A program made the translations under genes and the position numbers. Below the pieces are notes generated by a model, which was given only the letters and a program-made list of their open reading frames with translations, did no database searches and was not told where the DNA came from. A DNA stretch of 64,000 nt from Lama glama (taxonomy: Eukaryota): positions 75,084,001 through 75,148,000 of the forward strand of contig CM052816.1 in assembly GCA_028534125.1 (NCBI GenBank). Reading direction: 5' to 3'. Each line of letters begins with the position of its first letter. Position 1 is the first letter of the stretch. This document shows, one piece after another, positions 53,229 to 64,000 of the stretch.

Positions 53229-54730
53229 TCACCTCTACAGTGTGCGAGCTTCTAGGCATATAGCAATGAGAGTGGAGAGAAATAATCACAATTAAGAGTA
53301 AACTTAAAATTGAGTTGAATTTTCCTTTTCTCTGAAGGAAAAATATGTGTACCATGAGAGATTATTTAGAGAGGTCTTGAATGGACTTGCTTCTGCTCAG
53401 TGCATCCTTAAGAATACCACAAGTTGTTCAATAAAATGTGTAACCATGTTTAGAAAAAAGGAGCTAAAGTGAGTCTTAACAATCAAAAACCAACAAAAAC
53501 AAAACACAAAACAATAAGGAAATCAAGTAATTTGTGAATTATTATGATCTATACAAAATCAAATGGAATTCTGTTACAAACAATGTGATCTTCCTGAGAA
53601 GGGGTGGTTGGAAGATAAACATCAACTGTCACTTACGCTTGGTTGGAGCAAATCTGAACTATAAAGTTTCTATGACCTAGAGTTATTGAAAGTATACGGA
53701 ATAGAATGATCTTGGTCCAGAGTAAGGGCCATACCACTCAATGGCTCTTGTAGTCACTTGATTATAGAGGTTTTCTTGTGGAAGGATATTACACAGATAC
53801 AATCTGTCCTGAAGAGGTCAATTGAAATGCTGTGGTGACGCGGGAAATGCAGCAACGAGAATGTTGCTGACCAAACTGAGCCAGCTGTGTTTTTCTGAAA
53901 AGAAGCAATCGAGAAATGACCTCACTGTCATCTATAGCATCACGGAGAAGCAGAAATATTCCAAGGACAGCTGAGCTTCTGGTGGAACTGGACATGTTTA
54001 CCAAAGTTAACTCAGGCACAAACTTAAAAGTCATTTCTTGTGGTAGCAAAGGAAAAATGAAGGCTAAAGGCAGAGAAATGACAGTCCTACACATAGAATG
54101 GATGCTTATATTTATCTTATAGGATCTTCCATTTAATAAGAAAACAAACATCGTTTTCATTTTATCAAGACCATTGCACAAAATGATCAATCTACTTATA
54201 TGTATAAAATAGTGGTGTCCAGTTCAGCAAAAGAATAATTATGTTAAAATTAATTCAATAAATATTCCAAGAAGTACACTTGCCTAATAGATCATGTGCT
54301 GAAAGCACTGTTTTTTTTTTTTTCTAGCAATACAGAAAGAGAGCATTTGAACCTTTGCTCCACAATCAACATACATTCTCTAGCTTAGGCAATCTCATGA
54401 CCACCTCATCAGGAAAGGTATTAATCCATGGGTGAAGTTATATGACATAGGGATTTGCTTTGAAATAATAAAAATTACAAAGATAGGTGAAATAATACTG
54501 GAAAATTTTTGGTAATTCATGAAATCTGAAGCAGTTGTTACATAAGAATGGATGCAGTGGAATAATGGTTGTTACTCACTTTACTGCATGTTTTGAGATT
54601 TTTTCATTTTAAGAAGTTTTCCAAAGGAAGTGTATAAATGAATATCCATTACAGCATCTTTATAATAACAATTTGGAATAATGATACTCAGTGATGGTCT
54701 ATTTGATTTTGAGGAAATTTAGTCAAGGAA

Positions 54731-55125
54731 GGGGAGGCTATAGCTCAGTGGTAGAGTACGTGCCTAGCATGCATAAGGTCCTGGGATCAATCCTCCATTA
54801 AAGATAAACAAATAATAAATACAGGCATATGTAGAATAGATAAACAAGATTATACTGTATAGCACAGGGAAATATACACAAGATCTTGTGGTAGCTCACA
54901 GCAAAAAAGAATGTGACAATGAATGTATGTATGTTCATGTACAACTGAAAAATTGTGCTCTACACAGGAAATTGACACATTGTAAACTGACAATAACTCA
55001 ATTAAAAAAAAGTTATATATATAAAAAATAAATAAATAAAAACCTAATTACCTCCCCCCCAAAAAAACTAAAGAATAAACAAACAAACAAACAAATAAAT
55101 AAACAAAGCAAAGGGCATTAAAAAA
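54731..55125 (+). mobile_element. Camelid tRNA-derived SINE (vic-1-like), interrupted by an L1 3' end
   Basis: tRNA head 54731-54797; aacctaattacctccccccc tail resumes at ~55041. TSD gaaatttagtcaag (54714-54727) / gaaatgtagtcaag (55126-55139). Confidence 0.9.
54821..55011 (+). mobile_element. Young camelid-type L1 3' end nested in the SINE
   Basis: acaggcatatgtagaatagataaacaag...ataactcaattaaaaaaaa is the reverse complement of the 4171-4564 and 63138-63394 copies. Confidence 0.9.
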
Positions 55126-55269
55126 GAAATGTAGTCAAGAGGGCCTGGGGTCTCAATGGAGGAGAAAATATAAGGATGGATTTTTAAAAATCAAGTTTTC
55201 TTTTATTCTTTCAATCACTAATAATGCAAATCTTGGTGCTAAATAGGAGAATTAAGACAAGTATAAAAA

Positions 55270-56225
55270 GCATGAAAAAACAATCAACATTATTAGCTCT
55301 CAGGGAAATGCAGATTAAAACCTCAATCAGGCAACAACCTATCAGATTAACTACAGTAAAAGACGTGACAACACCAAATGCTGATAAGGATGTGAAGACA
55401 TTAAATAAGTCCTACATTGCTGTTGTTGGGGATGTAAAGTGGTACAGCCACTCTGGAAAACAGTTGGGCAACTTCTTTTAAAACTAAATATGCCTTACCA
55501 TATGGCCTAGCAAATACACTATCCCCCTCAAATTAAAATTTATGTTCATACAAAAACCTATAAGTTAACATTGATAGTAGTTTTATTAATAAAAGCTCAA
55601 AACTGGAAGCAGCCCAGATGTCCTTTCGTGGGTGAATGGTCAGCTAAACTGTGATAAATCCAAACCATGGAATATGCCTTAGCGATGGAAAACAATGAAC
55701 TATTGAGACGCACAACACCTAGGATGAATCTCCAAGAAATTAAAAGTGAAAAAAAAAAGGCTAATTCTAAGATATCATATTCTATATGATTTCACTTATG
55801 TAACATTTTTGAAATGACAATTTTAGGAATGGAGAACAGGCTAGTGGTTACCTGGGATTAGAGACTGGGAGGGATAGTAGAACGGAGGTGGGCATGGTTA
55901 TAACAGAATCACATGACGGATCTTTGTGGTGATGGAACTGTTCTGTATCTTAACTGTGGTGGCAGATATATGAACCTACACATGTGATACAATTGTATGT
56001 AGAACTAAATATTTATATGCACACATATACACAAATAAGCACAGGGAAAACTGTAGAAATATGAAATGGTTGGTGGATTGCATCAATGTTACTAACCTGC
56101 TTATGATATTTTAATACAGTTTTACAAGATGTTACCATTGGAGGAAAACAGGTAATGGGGAATTTGACATCTCCATATTATTTTTTTCCGACTGAATGAG
56201 AATCTAAAATTATCTCAGTGGAAAA
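55270..56225 (+). mobile_element. L1MC1-like 3' end
   Basis: ggtacagccactctggaaaacagttgggca...aactggaagcagcccagatgtcc...gatgttaccattggaggaaa...aatctaaaattatctca. Confidence 0.85.
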
Positions 56226-57221
56226 AATAAGAGTAAAAATAACTAAAAGTTTGAAGACTACCTTTTTAATCTACCCCAGAGCCTTGGTGGATGTTCTTTC
56301 TGACTTCTTTTTTCACTTGGAATTAAAAAAAGGCTGAAATCTCCCTATTAATAATAGGAAGTAGTTGTTTACCTTGTTATCTAGGGATGCCACCCACTAG
56401 TTAAATGGGTCAGTTTTCTAATGTGTAAATGGATATAATATCCTTCTTACAGGGCTGTTGTTAGTGTTAAAAATATATCTTAGGTGCCTGATACATAGTA
56501 GCCATTTGAAAAATCCCTGTTCACGTCGGAGGCAATTTTTTTTAATTCGTAGATTTTTTTAGGACCCCTGTCTTCCACTCTTGCTCTCCCTTTTGTCTAT
56601 GGGAATGTTCTTATGTGTTTAATTTTCTTATGTGTTTGTGTGTCCCCTGGAAAATGAAAAATATTTATATATAGTAAAATCTCTGGTTAAGAAAATAAAA
56701 ACTCTGAGAGAAAGCTTAAAACTAATGCTCAAAAGGAGATATTGGATTACCTGTGATTTTCAATTATCTATCCTCTTCCTGGCCTAGTGTAACATATGAA
56801 ATCAAGAATTACCAGCATTGAAATTAATGGTGATTTAAAATGCTGAATGATTAGGTCATTGAAGATGAATATTACTTCTCACGGTGGTCTCTCATCAGTT
56901 CTCACTATCGCCAAGGACGACTGCTGATTTAAACATGTAAAAGTACCCAGTGAGAGCTTATTCTGGCCTTGTAATGAGAATTTATGAAAACCCAGTATTG
57001 TGCTATCACTAATTTTGTGTTTCTAGGTCCGTCTACTTCCATGGAGCAGACAATGAGCATTTTTTGAAGGTAAAGTGAGAAAAATTACTCTTTTTAAAAG
57101 CAAGGAAAATTTTTTTTCTACTTCAGTAATGGTGCTGTAGATTTCAGTGGGTAAAAAAGGATATTTCTGGCCACAGAAAGCAACTGGGAGAGCTGGATAT
57201 AATATCCTTTCCACTTCACCT

Positions 57222-57252
57222 CCACCACCACCACCACCACCACACACACACA
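57222..57252. repeat. (CCA)n(CA)n microsatellite
   Basis: ccaccaccaccaccaccaccacacacacaca seen directly. Confidence 0.9.
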
Positions 57253-57329
57253 AAAGGTCTGAGAGTACCAAAGAGCACAAGATGCAGCTGAAATTTTCAG
57301 CAAAAAAAGAAGCCCAGTGAGGTTAGTCT

Positions 57330-59235
57330 TATATACTTCATGGTAGTTTTCCCCTTGAAGTATTTACTAACTTATAAGATTTGTGGAGCCAAAACACTGA
57401 GAAAGCAAGTATAAAGTGACAGCTAAGAGTCTGAAAAGATTAGAAGAGCTTAAACTGCCTTACGAAGTTGAGGAGACAAAAATTAGAAATCAAGAGAAAA
57501 AGTCCTAGTAAACAATTAGAATTCCAATCAGTTTTGCAAAAGGTTTATACCTCAGAAATAAGGGTGGGCCAGAAATAAACAAGCCTTCATAAAGATGAAA
57601 ACTAATCTCCAAACATCTCAGTCCTTGCGTGCAGTAAAGGCAACCTGTCCATAATCTGACTGCCCACCAAAAAGAAAAGGAAAACTCTCAAGAGAACCTC
57701 AGAAAGAATCTCAAATTATTGTCACAATTTTTAACAGGTGACCCAGATGTTGAGATCATCAGACACAGACTTTAAAAGAGATTAATACTTTCAAGAAAAT
57801 AGATGATGAGATAGACAATTTAACCAGAGAAATACTAACATATAATAAGAAGTTAAGAACTCAGGAGGTGAGTTAAGAGCAGATGAGACAGTGAAAGAGA
57901 GGATAGTGAATTGGAAGATAAAACAATATAAAATGTTCAGACTGGAGCACAGAAAGAATAAAGGATTAAAAAATACTGAAGTGTATAAGAGACATCTGGA
58001 ACACAATAAAAAGGTCTAATATCTGTGTAGAAATGTTAGAGAAGAGGAGAGAGCAAATGAGGCTAAAGCTATTATGCCAAAATATTGGCCAAGAATTTTT
58101 CCAAGAATGTCAGAACTTAAGCCACAGATTCAAAGACGCGCCACCAAAACTGAGCAGGATTAAAAACAAAGACAAAACTTATCAGCAGCCAATAGCTAAG
58201 AGTCAAAGACCAAGAGAAATTGTAAAAGCAGACAGAGAACAGAGGACCCATTATTTTTAAAGGAGGAAAAATAAATTGGAGAGTGACTTCTTAAAAAAAA
58301 ATGGGAGAGAATGGAATGATATTTTTAAGTGCTAAAAGAAAGTAACTGTCAAGCTAGAATTCTTCACCTAGTGAAAAATAGCTTTTTTAAAAAGGCAAAA
58401 TAAATACATCTTCAGGCAGACAAAAAAATTAGAGAATCTGTCACCAGTGGACCTGAATTAGAAGAATACTAAAGAGAGTTTTTGAGGCAGAAGGAAAACA
58501 TTAAAGTAAAGATAGAAATGAGAAACAATGGAAAGAGCAAATATGTGTCATAATTTAAACGAATAATAATGTTTTGTGGGATTTAAAATGTACATGAAAA
58601 TATAATACAACAATAGCACAAATGATGGGACAATAATAAGTGAAATTAATGTGTTGAAGTTTCTTGCATCCTTTGAGAAATTTATATAATACTCTAATAG
58701 GTAAAGGATGCATTTTGTAATCTCTAGGGCGCATTAAGAGTAAAACAAAGAATAACATGCAAAAAGAGGGGAAAATGGAATAACAAAATTTTTGATTAAT
58801 CAAAAAAGAAGCTGCATAAGACATTGGAGCAAATGGAAATCAAATAATAAATTGGCATATTTAAACACAAATACATCAGTAACCACTGGAAATGTGAATA
58901 TCCTTTTTTCATTTCACTTGAGTAAATTAAAGATTCTTGAGTGTAACCACTAAAAATATAGTGAAAGAATGTAAAATGAACAACAAAAAGATTAATTCAA
59001 AATGGTGGGAAGGGGAAACAAAAATAAAAGGAATGTAGAACATGTGGAACAAATGTAAAAAATTAGAAGAGGTACACTTAGGCACAAATATATCAAAAGT
59101 GACATTAAATACAGAATATTCCAATTAAAAGATAGATTGTCTGACAGCTTATGAATTTAAAAAAAAAGCCCACTTATGAGACATACAAGAGACCCACCCT
59201 AAATATGAGGATACGGAAAGCTTGAAAGTAAAACA
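57330..59235 (+). mobile_element. Old L1M 5' region (degenerate ORF1 to start of ORF2)
   Basis: A-rich, with ORF1-like motifs (aaaaggtctaatatctgtgta; tggaatgatatttttaagtgctaaaagaa; aagctagaattct) and EN-start-like ccaattaaaagatagattgtc. Confidence 0.7.
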
Positions 59236-59239
59236 ACCG

Positions 59240-59750
59240 TGTTTCAGTTACTGTTTATTCAGTGAAGCAGAAGCACTATGAGAGACAGGTTTGAGGGATT
59301 TTCATAGGAATTAGAACTTACACAATTACTGTGGGAGTCGAGGCAGAATTCTATGAAAGGATGTTACTTCCGTGTGTGGTGGTGACTTCGGTCTCTGGGC
59401 TCAGCAGGGCAGGCACCTGGGGAGAAAAACAGCGTGTGAAGCTGGGGAAAGGGAATACCGTGTGGAATCATGCACGTTAATTAGAACCCTTGAGTGTACG
59501 TGTGGCCGGCAGGAGAGGCTGGCCCTCTTCACCAGAGATGAACACGCACGCCCGGATCAGGACTTGGAGAAGCTGAAGGACATCTGGCAGACGCTGCAGG
59601 AGCGCCAGTCCTGGCCGGTGATCCGTATAACAAGTGAGCCAGCAGATTGGTGTCGAGGCACATAATTTCTGCTTCACTTCTGCTTCCAAATCTCATGGAA
59701 ATGTCTTCTATGGCTAACCCTAACCAGGAGCCAATTCTGAGAAACACAAA
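59240..59750 (-). mobile_element. ERV-L 3' LTR (start truncated)
   Basis: Colinear blocks shared with 62129-62712, e.g. ataggaattagaa, caggact, gtgagcca, aatctcat. Confidence 0.75.
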
Positions 59751-60948
59751 TCAGGTCCCATGGTAACCTGGTGCCCACCCTCAAATGTTCAGCCTCTTCT
59801 AGGGCCTGTAGCAAGCCAGAAGCTGTTGCTCATTAGAAGAGTTAAGTATAGAGGGTGGGATAGCTTGCTTCAAAATCCTAAAGGTTGGTCCTGTGATTGA
59901 CTTACGGAGAAAGAGCCTGCAAAAATTCCATATGCATTCCTCTCTGCCACCAACACATCAGGCGTCACTGAATCTTTGTCACGGGACTCGAGGGGCCGAA
60001 GAGCCTGCCCCGCAGCCTGGGCGAGTCACAGAGCCTTTTCACCGCAGACCCCACTTAAAACCTGGCAAACTGTTAGGGTACTTGGTACACAGGTCGGAAG
60101 AGCATACTCAGATTGGCTATATATGGCCTCAGAAATCCAAAGAAGCTCACTAAGTATTGTGCCCTTTTCCTAGTGGTGAGATGGTCCAGATGCCACAGCC
60201 TGTCTATCACCTTGGAAGGAATGTCTTGTCATACCCCCGCTCACTGAACCTCTATAAATGTCACCAAGGTGGCAGGGCCCTGAATGTTTGGGGGATTTAA
60301 TACCTACCTGCTGGTACACATGTGTCCTACCAAAGTGTCTAAACCAGTTGCTCCTTCCTGCTCACCAGATCTAATCAGCACATAATCATCACCGTAAAGG
60401 ACCAGTGTGATGTCCCGTCTAAATGGAGAGGTGACCAATTTCCCTGCAGACTATGTTATGAGACAGGGTGAAAGAAATGATACACTCACTGAGGCAAAAA
60501 ATTGAAGGTCTATCGTGAGCTCTGAACTGAAAGAAAACTGCTTCTGTTGTTCTTGACTGAAAGATATAGAGAAAGAAGCATTAGCCAGATCAGTAGCTGT
60601 GACCCAGGTGCCAGGGTTGTACTGATTTACTCCAGCAGTGAGACCACATCTGGAACAACAGCTGCAGTTGAAGCCAACATCCGATTAAGTTTAAGATAAT
60701 CCACTGTCTTCAAGATCTGTCGGTCATCTGCACAGGCCAGATAGGTAAGTTGAAGGGGAATGTGATACAAATCACTATCACGGTCATTCAAGTGTTTGAT
60801 AGTGTTACGAATCTCTCAGATCCCTCTGGCAGTGCAGCATTGCTCTGAGTATTACAGTTTCAGTACGAAGAGGCAATTTTAGTGGCTTCCACTTTGTTTA
60901 CTACTATTATAATATTATTATCTATCTGTCTCTATCTAAATATCTTTC

Positions 60949-60999
<51 letters not shown>

Positions 61000-61460
61000 G
61001 TCTATCTATCTCTGTCTATCTGTTATCATTATAGCCCTCACTTCATAAGCCAAAGAACCATTGTGGGGATTCTGACAGCTGCTGAGTGGGCCTACCCCAT
61101 GATGCATTCTAGAACTAGAAAAATAATCATAGAACAAATTTGGTGATCCACAGGACTCATGGTGAGATCCATCCAAGCCAAAGTCCCTTGATTACTTATC
61201 CGCTGCGAGCTCCTACTCTAGCTGCCAAATCACAGTGGCGTTTGGGTCTATGTGAATTACAGTCATTTCACTGGAAGGAGTCAGCAGTTTTCCAAGTATG
61301 GTCATCAGTCTGGTAAACAACTGCACGTCCCTTTGAGGGAGGCCAGAAGAAGATTTATAGTATAAAATTTTGGCCGTGTTGCAAGGTCCTTTCTCAAAGA
61401 GGCCCAACCTCCCCTTCTTTCAAGGGGGTGAACTGTTTTGGGTCTAGGAATTGGTTGCAA
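59751..61460 (-). pseudogene. ERV-L pro/pol remnant (protease, RT, connection)
   Basis: Minus-strand peptides KWKPLKLPL, PFNLPIWPVQ, TVDYLKLN, VPDVVSLLE, TDLANA, DITLVLYGDDYVLI (YxDD at 60385-60396), NIQGPAT, with stops and frameshifts. Confidence 0.9.
60919..61021. repeat. (TATC)n / (GATA)n tetranucleotide microsatellite
   Basis: Long pure tatc run at ~60951-60998 with degenerate flanks. Confidence 0.95.
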
Positions 61461-61539
61461 GAATGCAACTCTCTACTGTGGTGAATTAAGTTAGATTTCT
61501 CTTCACCAGACCTGGAATTTTCCACTTCAGCAGAACCTC

Positions 61540-62070
61540 CTCATATGTCCCAGCCCAAATTTTCTAGATTCACTCCTTACCAATCAAAGCTCTAACTTTA
61601 AAATATGAGAGCATGTGAGATTTGAATTCAGTTTGTGCTGATATTCAACCATCCATAGGGTTAGACTCTGGGTGTATTTTTCAGAAATCATAGCCCTGTG
61701 GCTATTGGAGATAAGAGGTTTTTTTCAGGGTAGTCATAAAAGCTTTCTGGTCACTTACTTGAACTTTGATCTAGGAATTTAACACCCTGAACTCATCAGT
61801 GTCTTTCCTCAAGTTCTCCGGCATACATAAAAGCAACCCACCAATCCCATTATACTTCTTATTTTCACTTCTTTATGAAAGCAACTATCTGGTCACCCAA
61901 ATCCTTACTTTCTATAAGCACTTAATTACAGGTATCCATAAGTGATCATTTGAATGACTGTTTGCTATAACATGCCATGTGCCACCGGTATCCTCCTTAC
62001 TACTGGGCAATGTGATCATTAATGTCTTTAAACTTAATCAAATCAGAGAACCAATTCCAGATAAGCCAGA
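61540..62070 (-). pseudogene. ERV-L gag N-terminal remnant
   Basis: Minus-strand peptides YNGIGGLLL, ENLRKDTDEFRVLNS and SYFKVRALIGKE* match the recalled ERV-L gag motif VKVRALIGKEWDP. Confidence 0.85.
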
Positions 62071-62128
62071 ACCAAGTCAGAGAACCTACCTAGAGTTATG
62101 TTTTAAAACTTCTTCTGGTACCAATTTT

Positions 62129-62712
62129 TGTACCACTTAGGGGAGAATGGCCATATTGAGAGGTAAGAAATAAAGGATTTGTTATAGGAATTAGAATGAA
62201 CACTATGTAGGAGCTCATGAAAAAGCCAATGGAAGACCTCTGCATCTGGAAATGAGTATAAAGTCACTGCAGGTCAGATACGAAAAAGAACTTCTGGACA
62301 TGAAGCAGGGGAGAGGAAGGATACACTGGAACCCATGAGGACAAACTGAAATCTGCACCTATTTCTCATCATTTCCAATCTGACAGTATGACTGACAGAG
62401 AAGAAGCTTACACTTGTCATCATGGGGCATCACATGCACTGGTCCAGGACTCAGAAACTGGAGGAAGAAATCTAGCAGCAGCTGGCAGTCCAGCTAGTTT
62501 CCTATACCAAAGGGTGAGCCATGGATCAGTGACCATATGCACGAACTCTAAAGCAGCTTATCCTGTTCACCAACTTTCAGAATGTTATGTCAGCTGATTC
62601 ACTGTCTCTTTCCCAATCTCATACAAATTTCTCCCGTTGCCAGCCCAGCACCATGCAAGGGAAGGAATTAGGGATCTATGGTCTCAGCTGAGCTAAATAC
62701 AATCTCAACACA
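62129..62712 (-). mobile_element. ERV-L 5' LTR
   Basis: TG at 62129 directly after ctggtaccaatttt; ends ...aatctcaacaca; homologous to 59240-59750. Confidence 0.78.
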
Positions 62713-63137
62713 GATGGTTTGGAAACAAAGATGGTTGTTGAAGAAGGGAAATTCAAGGTGGTAAGACTTGTTAAGATACTTTAATAATTGAAAATAAAAG
62801 TTATAAGAACCTATAATTATTAGTGATAAGAATAGGAAAGTAAGGACACCCAGACAATATATTATAAAGAAAATACCCAAAAGTTTGCTTGAGAATGTAA
62901 TGAAAAAGAGAAAGAGGAAGAAAGGCTTCAGCCTATTAATTAGGAGACTGGAAGAATGATATGACCAGAGACAGAATAATGGAAGGGAGTAGAAGGAAGA
63001 GAGAGAGGAGGGGAGAATTACAGGAAATTGTATTTACTGGTAGAGGTGACCTGTAGGCAGGTAGAACCATAAAACTAAATAAAGTTGCAAGGTAAATGGC
63101 TCTGAGATGATTAATATATTAATTACCTCAATTTCTT

Positions 63138-63394
63138 TTTTTTATTGAGTTATAGTCATTTTACAATGTTGTATCAATTTCCAGTGTAGAGCACAATTTT
63201 TCAGTTATACATGAACATACATATATTCATTGTCACATTCTTCTTCACTGTATATATTTGTATATATTTGACCTTGTATATAAGATCTTGTATATATTTC
63301 CCTGTGCGATACAGTATAATCTTGTTTATCTTTTCTACATATGCCTGTCAGTATCTACAAATGCCGAACTCACAGTCTGTCCCTTCTCACCCCC
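63138..63394 (-). mobile_element. Young camelid-type L1 3' end
   Basis: ttattgagttatagtcattttacaatgttg..., near-identical to 4171-4564. TSD cctcaatttctt (63126-63137) / cctaaatttctt (63395-63406). Confidence 0.9.
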
Positions 63395-64000
63395 CCTAAA
63401 TTTCTTGACCTATATTTAAAACCATATTCTCAGCCTATAGAGCAAGGAACATAAACACAAAAATGGTATACCTTTCTCTGGATAAAAATACAGATGTAGG
63501 CATACAGATAAGTGTGCAGATATTTACTATATGTCCAATGAGATTATCTTGAGAATTACATTAAATTTGCTTTAAACCACTATTCCCATCCAAAGGAAAT
63601 TCTACTGTACTCTCCAAGATTTCTTCAAATTCCAGGGAGTTCACGTTCGCATGGTCAGGCCTTGCTCCAATTACCTGTTCTTTCTGAATTCGTCATCTCA
63701 CACATGCCTCAGATCCACTTGCTATTCTCTCCCTTCATTGGTCCATTCATGAGATACAGCTTGCCTTCCTTAATTTCCCCACTAATAATTTTTGTATCTA
63801 GAGATTTAGCTTAGGCTTGGAATGACAGAGGAAAGGTACTTAGCAATATTGAACGGTCATGTGGCCAGCCTCGCCCCTGGAAATTCCTCAGTACCTGGTA
63901 TTGCTCTGGAGGTCCCTCCTGCCATTATGATGATCAACTCCTCCTTCCCTTCAGTACCCTCCTTACCCTCATTTTCTGCTCTCTATCTTCAAATTCCTCT

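Larger units (their letters stand above)
59240..62712 (-). mobile_element. Internally deleted ERV-L provirus with two diverged LTRs
   Basis: Homologous direct repeats at both ends, aattggtaccag internal start next to the 5' LTR, and gag plus pro/RT remnants in the expected order. Confidence 0.9.

Overview
Mammalian (eukaryotic) genomic DNA, almost certainly from a camelid, judged by four tRNA-derived vic-1-like SINEs and a recurring young L1 3' end. The only protein-coding gene I can support is the 3' part of OXCT1 (SCOT, succinyl-CoA:3-oxoacid CoA transferase) on the + strand: four coding exons at 19832-19921, 32114-32194, 37785-37886 and 43726-43767 (human exons 14-17 by homology), all with canonical AG/GT junctions, then a ~1.8 kb 3'UTR. 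The first ~19.8 kb is the preceding large intron. The last ~18 kb is intergenic and dominated by L1 pieces, solo LTRs and an internally deleted two-LTR ERV-L provirus at ~59240-62712 (-). Nearly all ORFs in the supplied track are chance or repeat-derived. I found no convincing previously undescribed biological system. The best leads are a strong CpG asymmetry between the two ERV-L LTRs, an L1 tail nested in a SINE, inverted SINEs inside an OXCT1 intron, an unexplained intronic hairpin, and candidate alternative polyadenylation and ERR sites. Repeat family names come from recalled consensus sequences, not a database search, and old-repeat boundaries are approximate.
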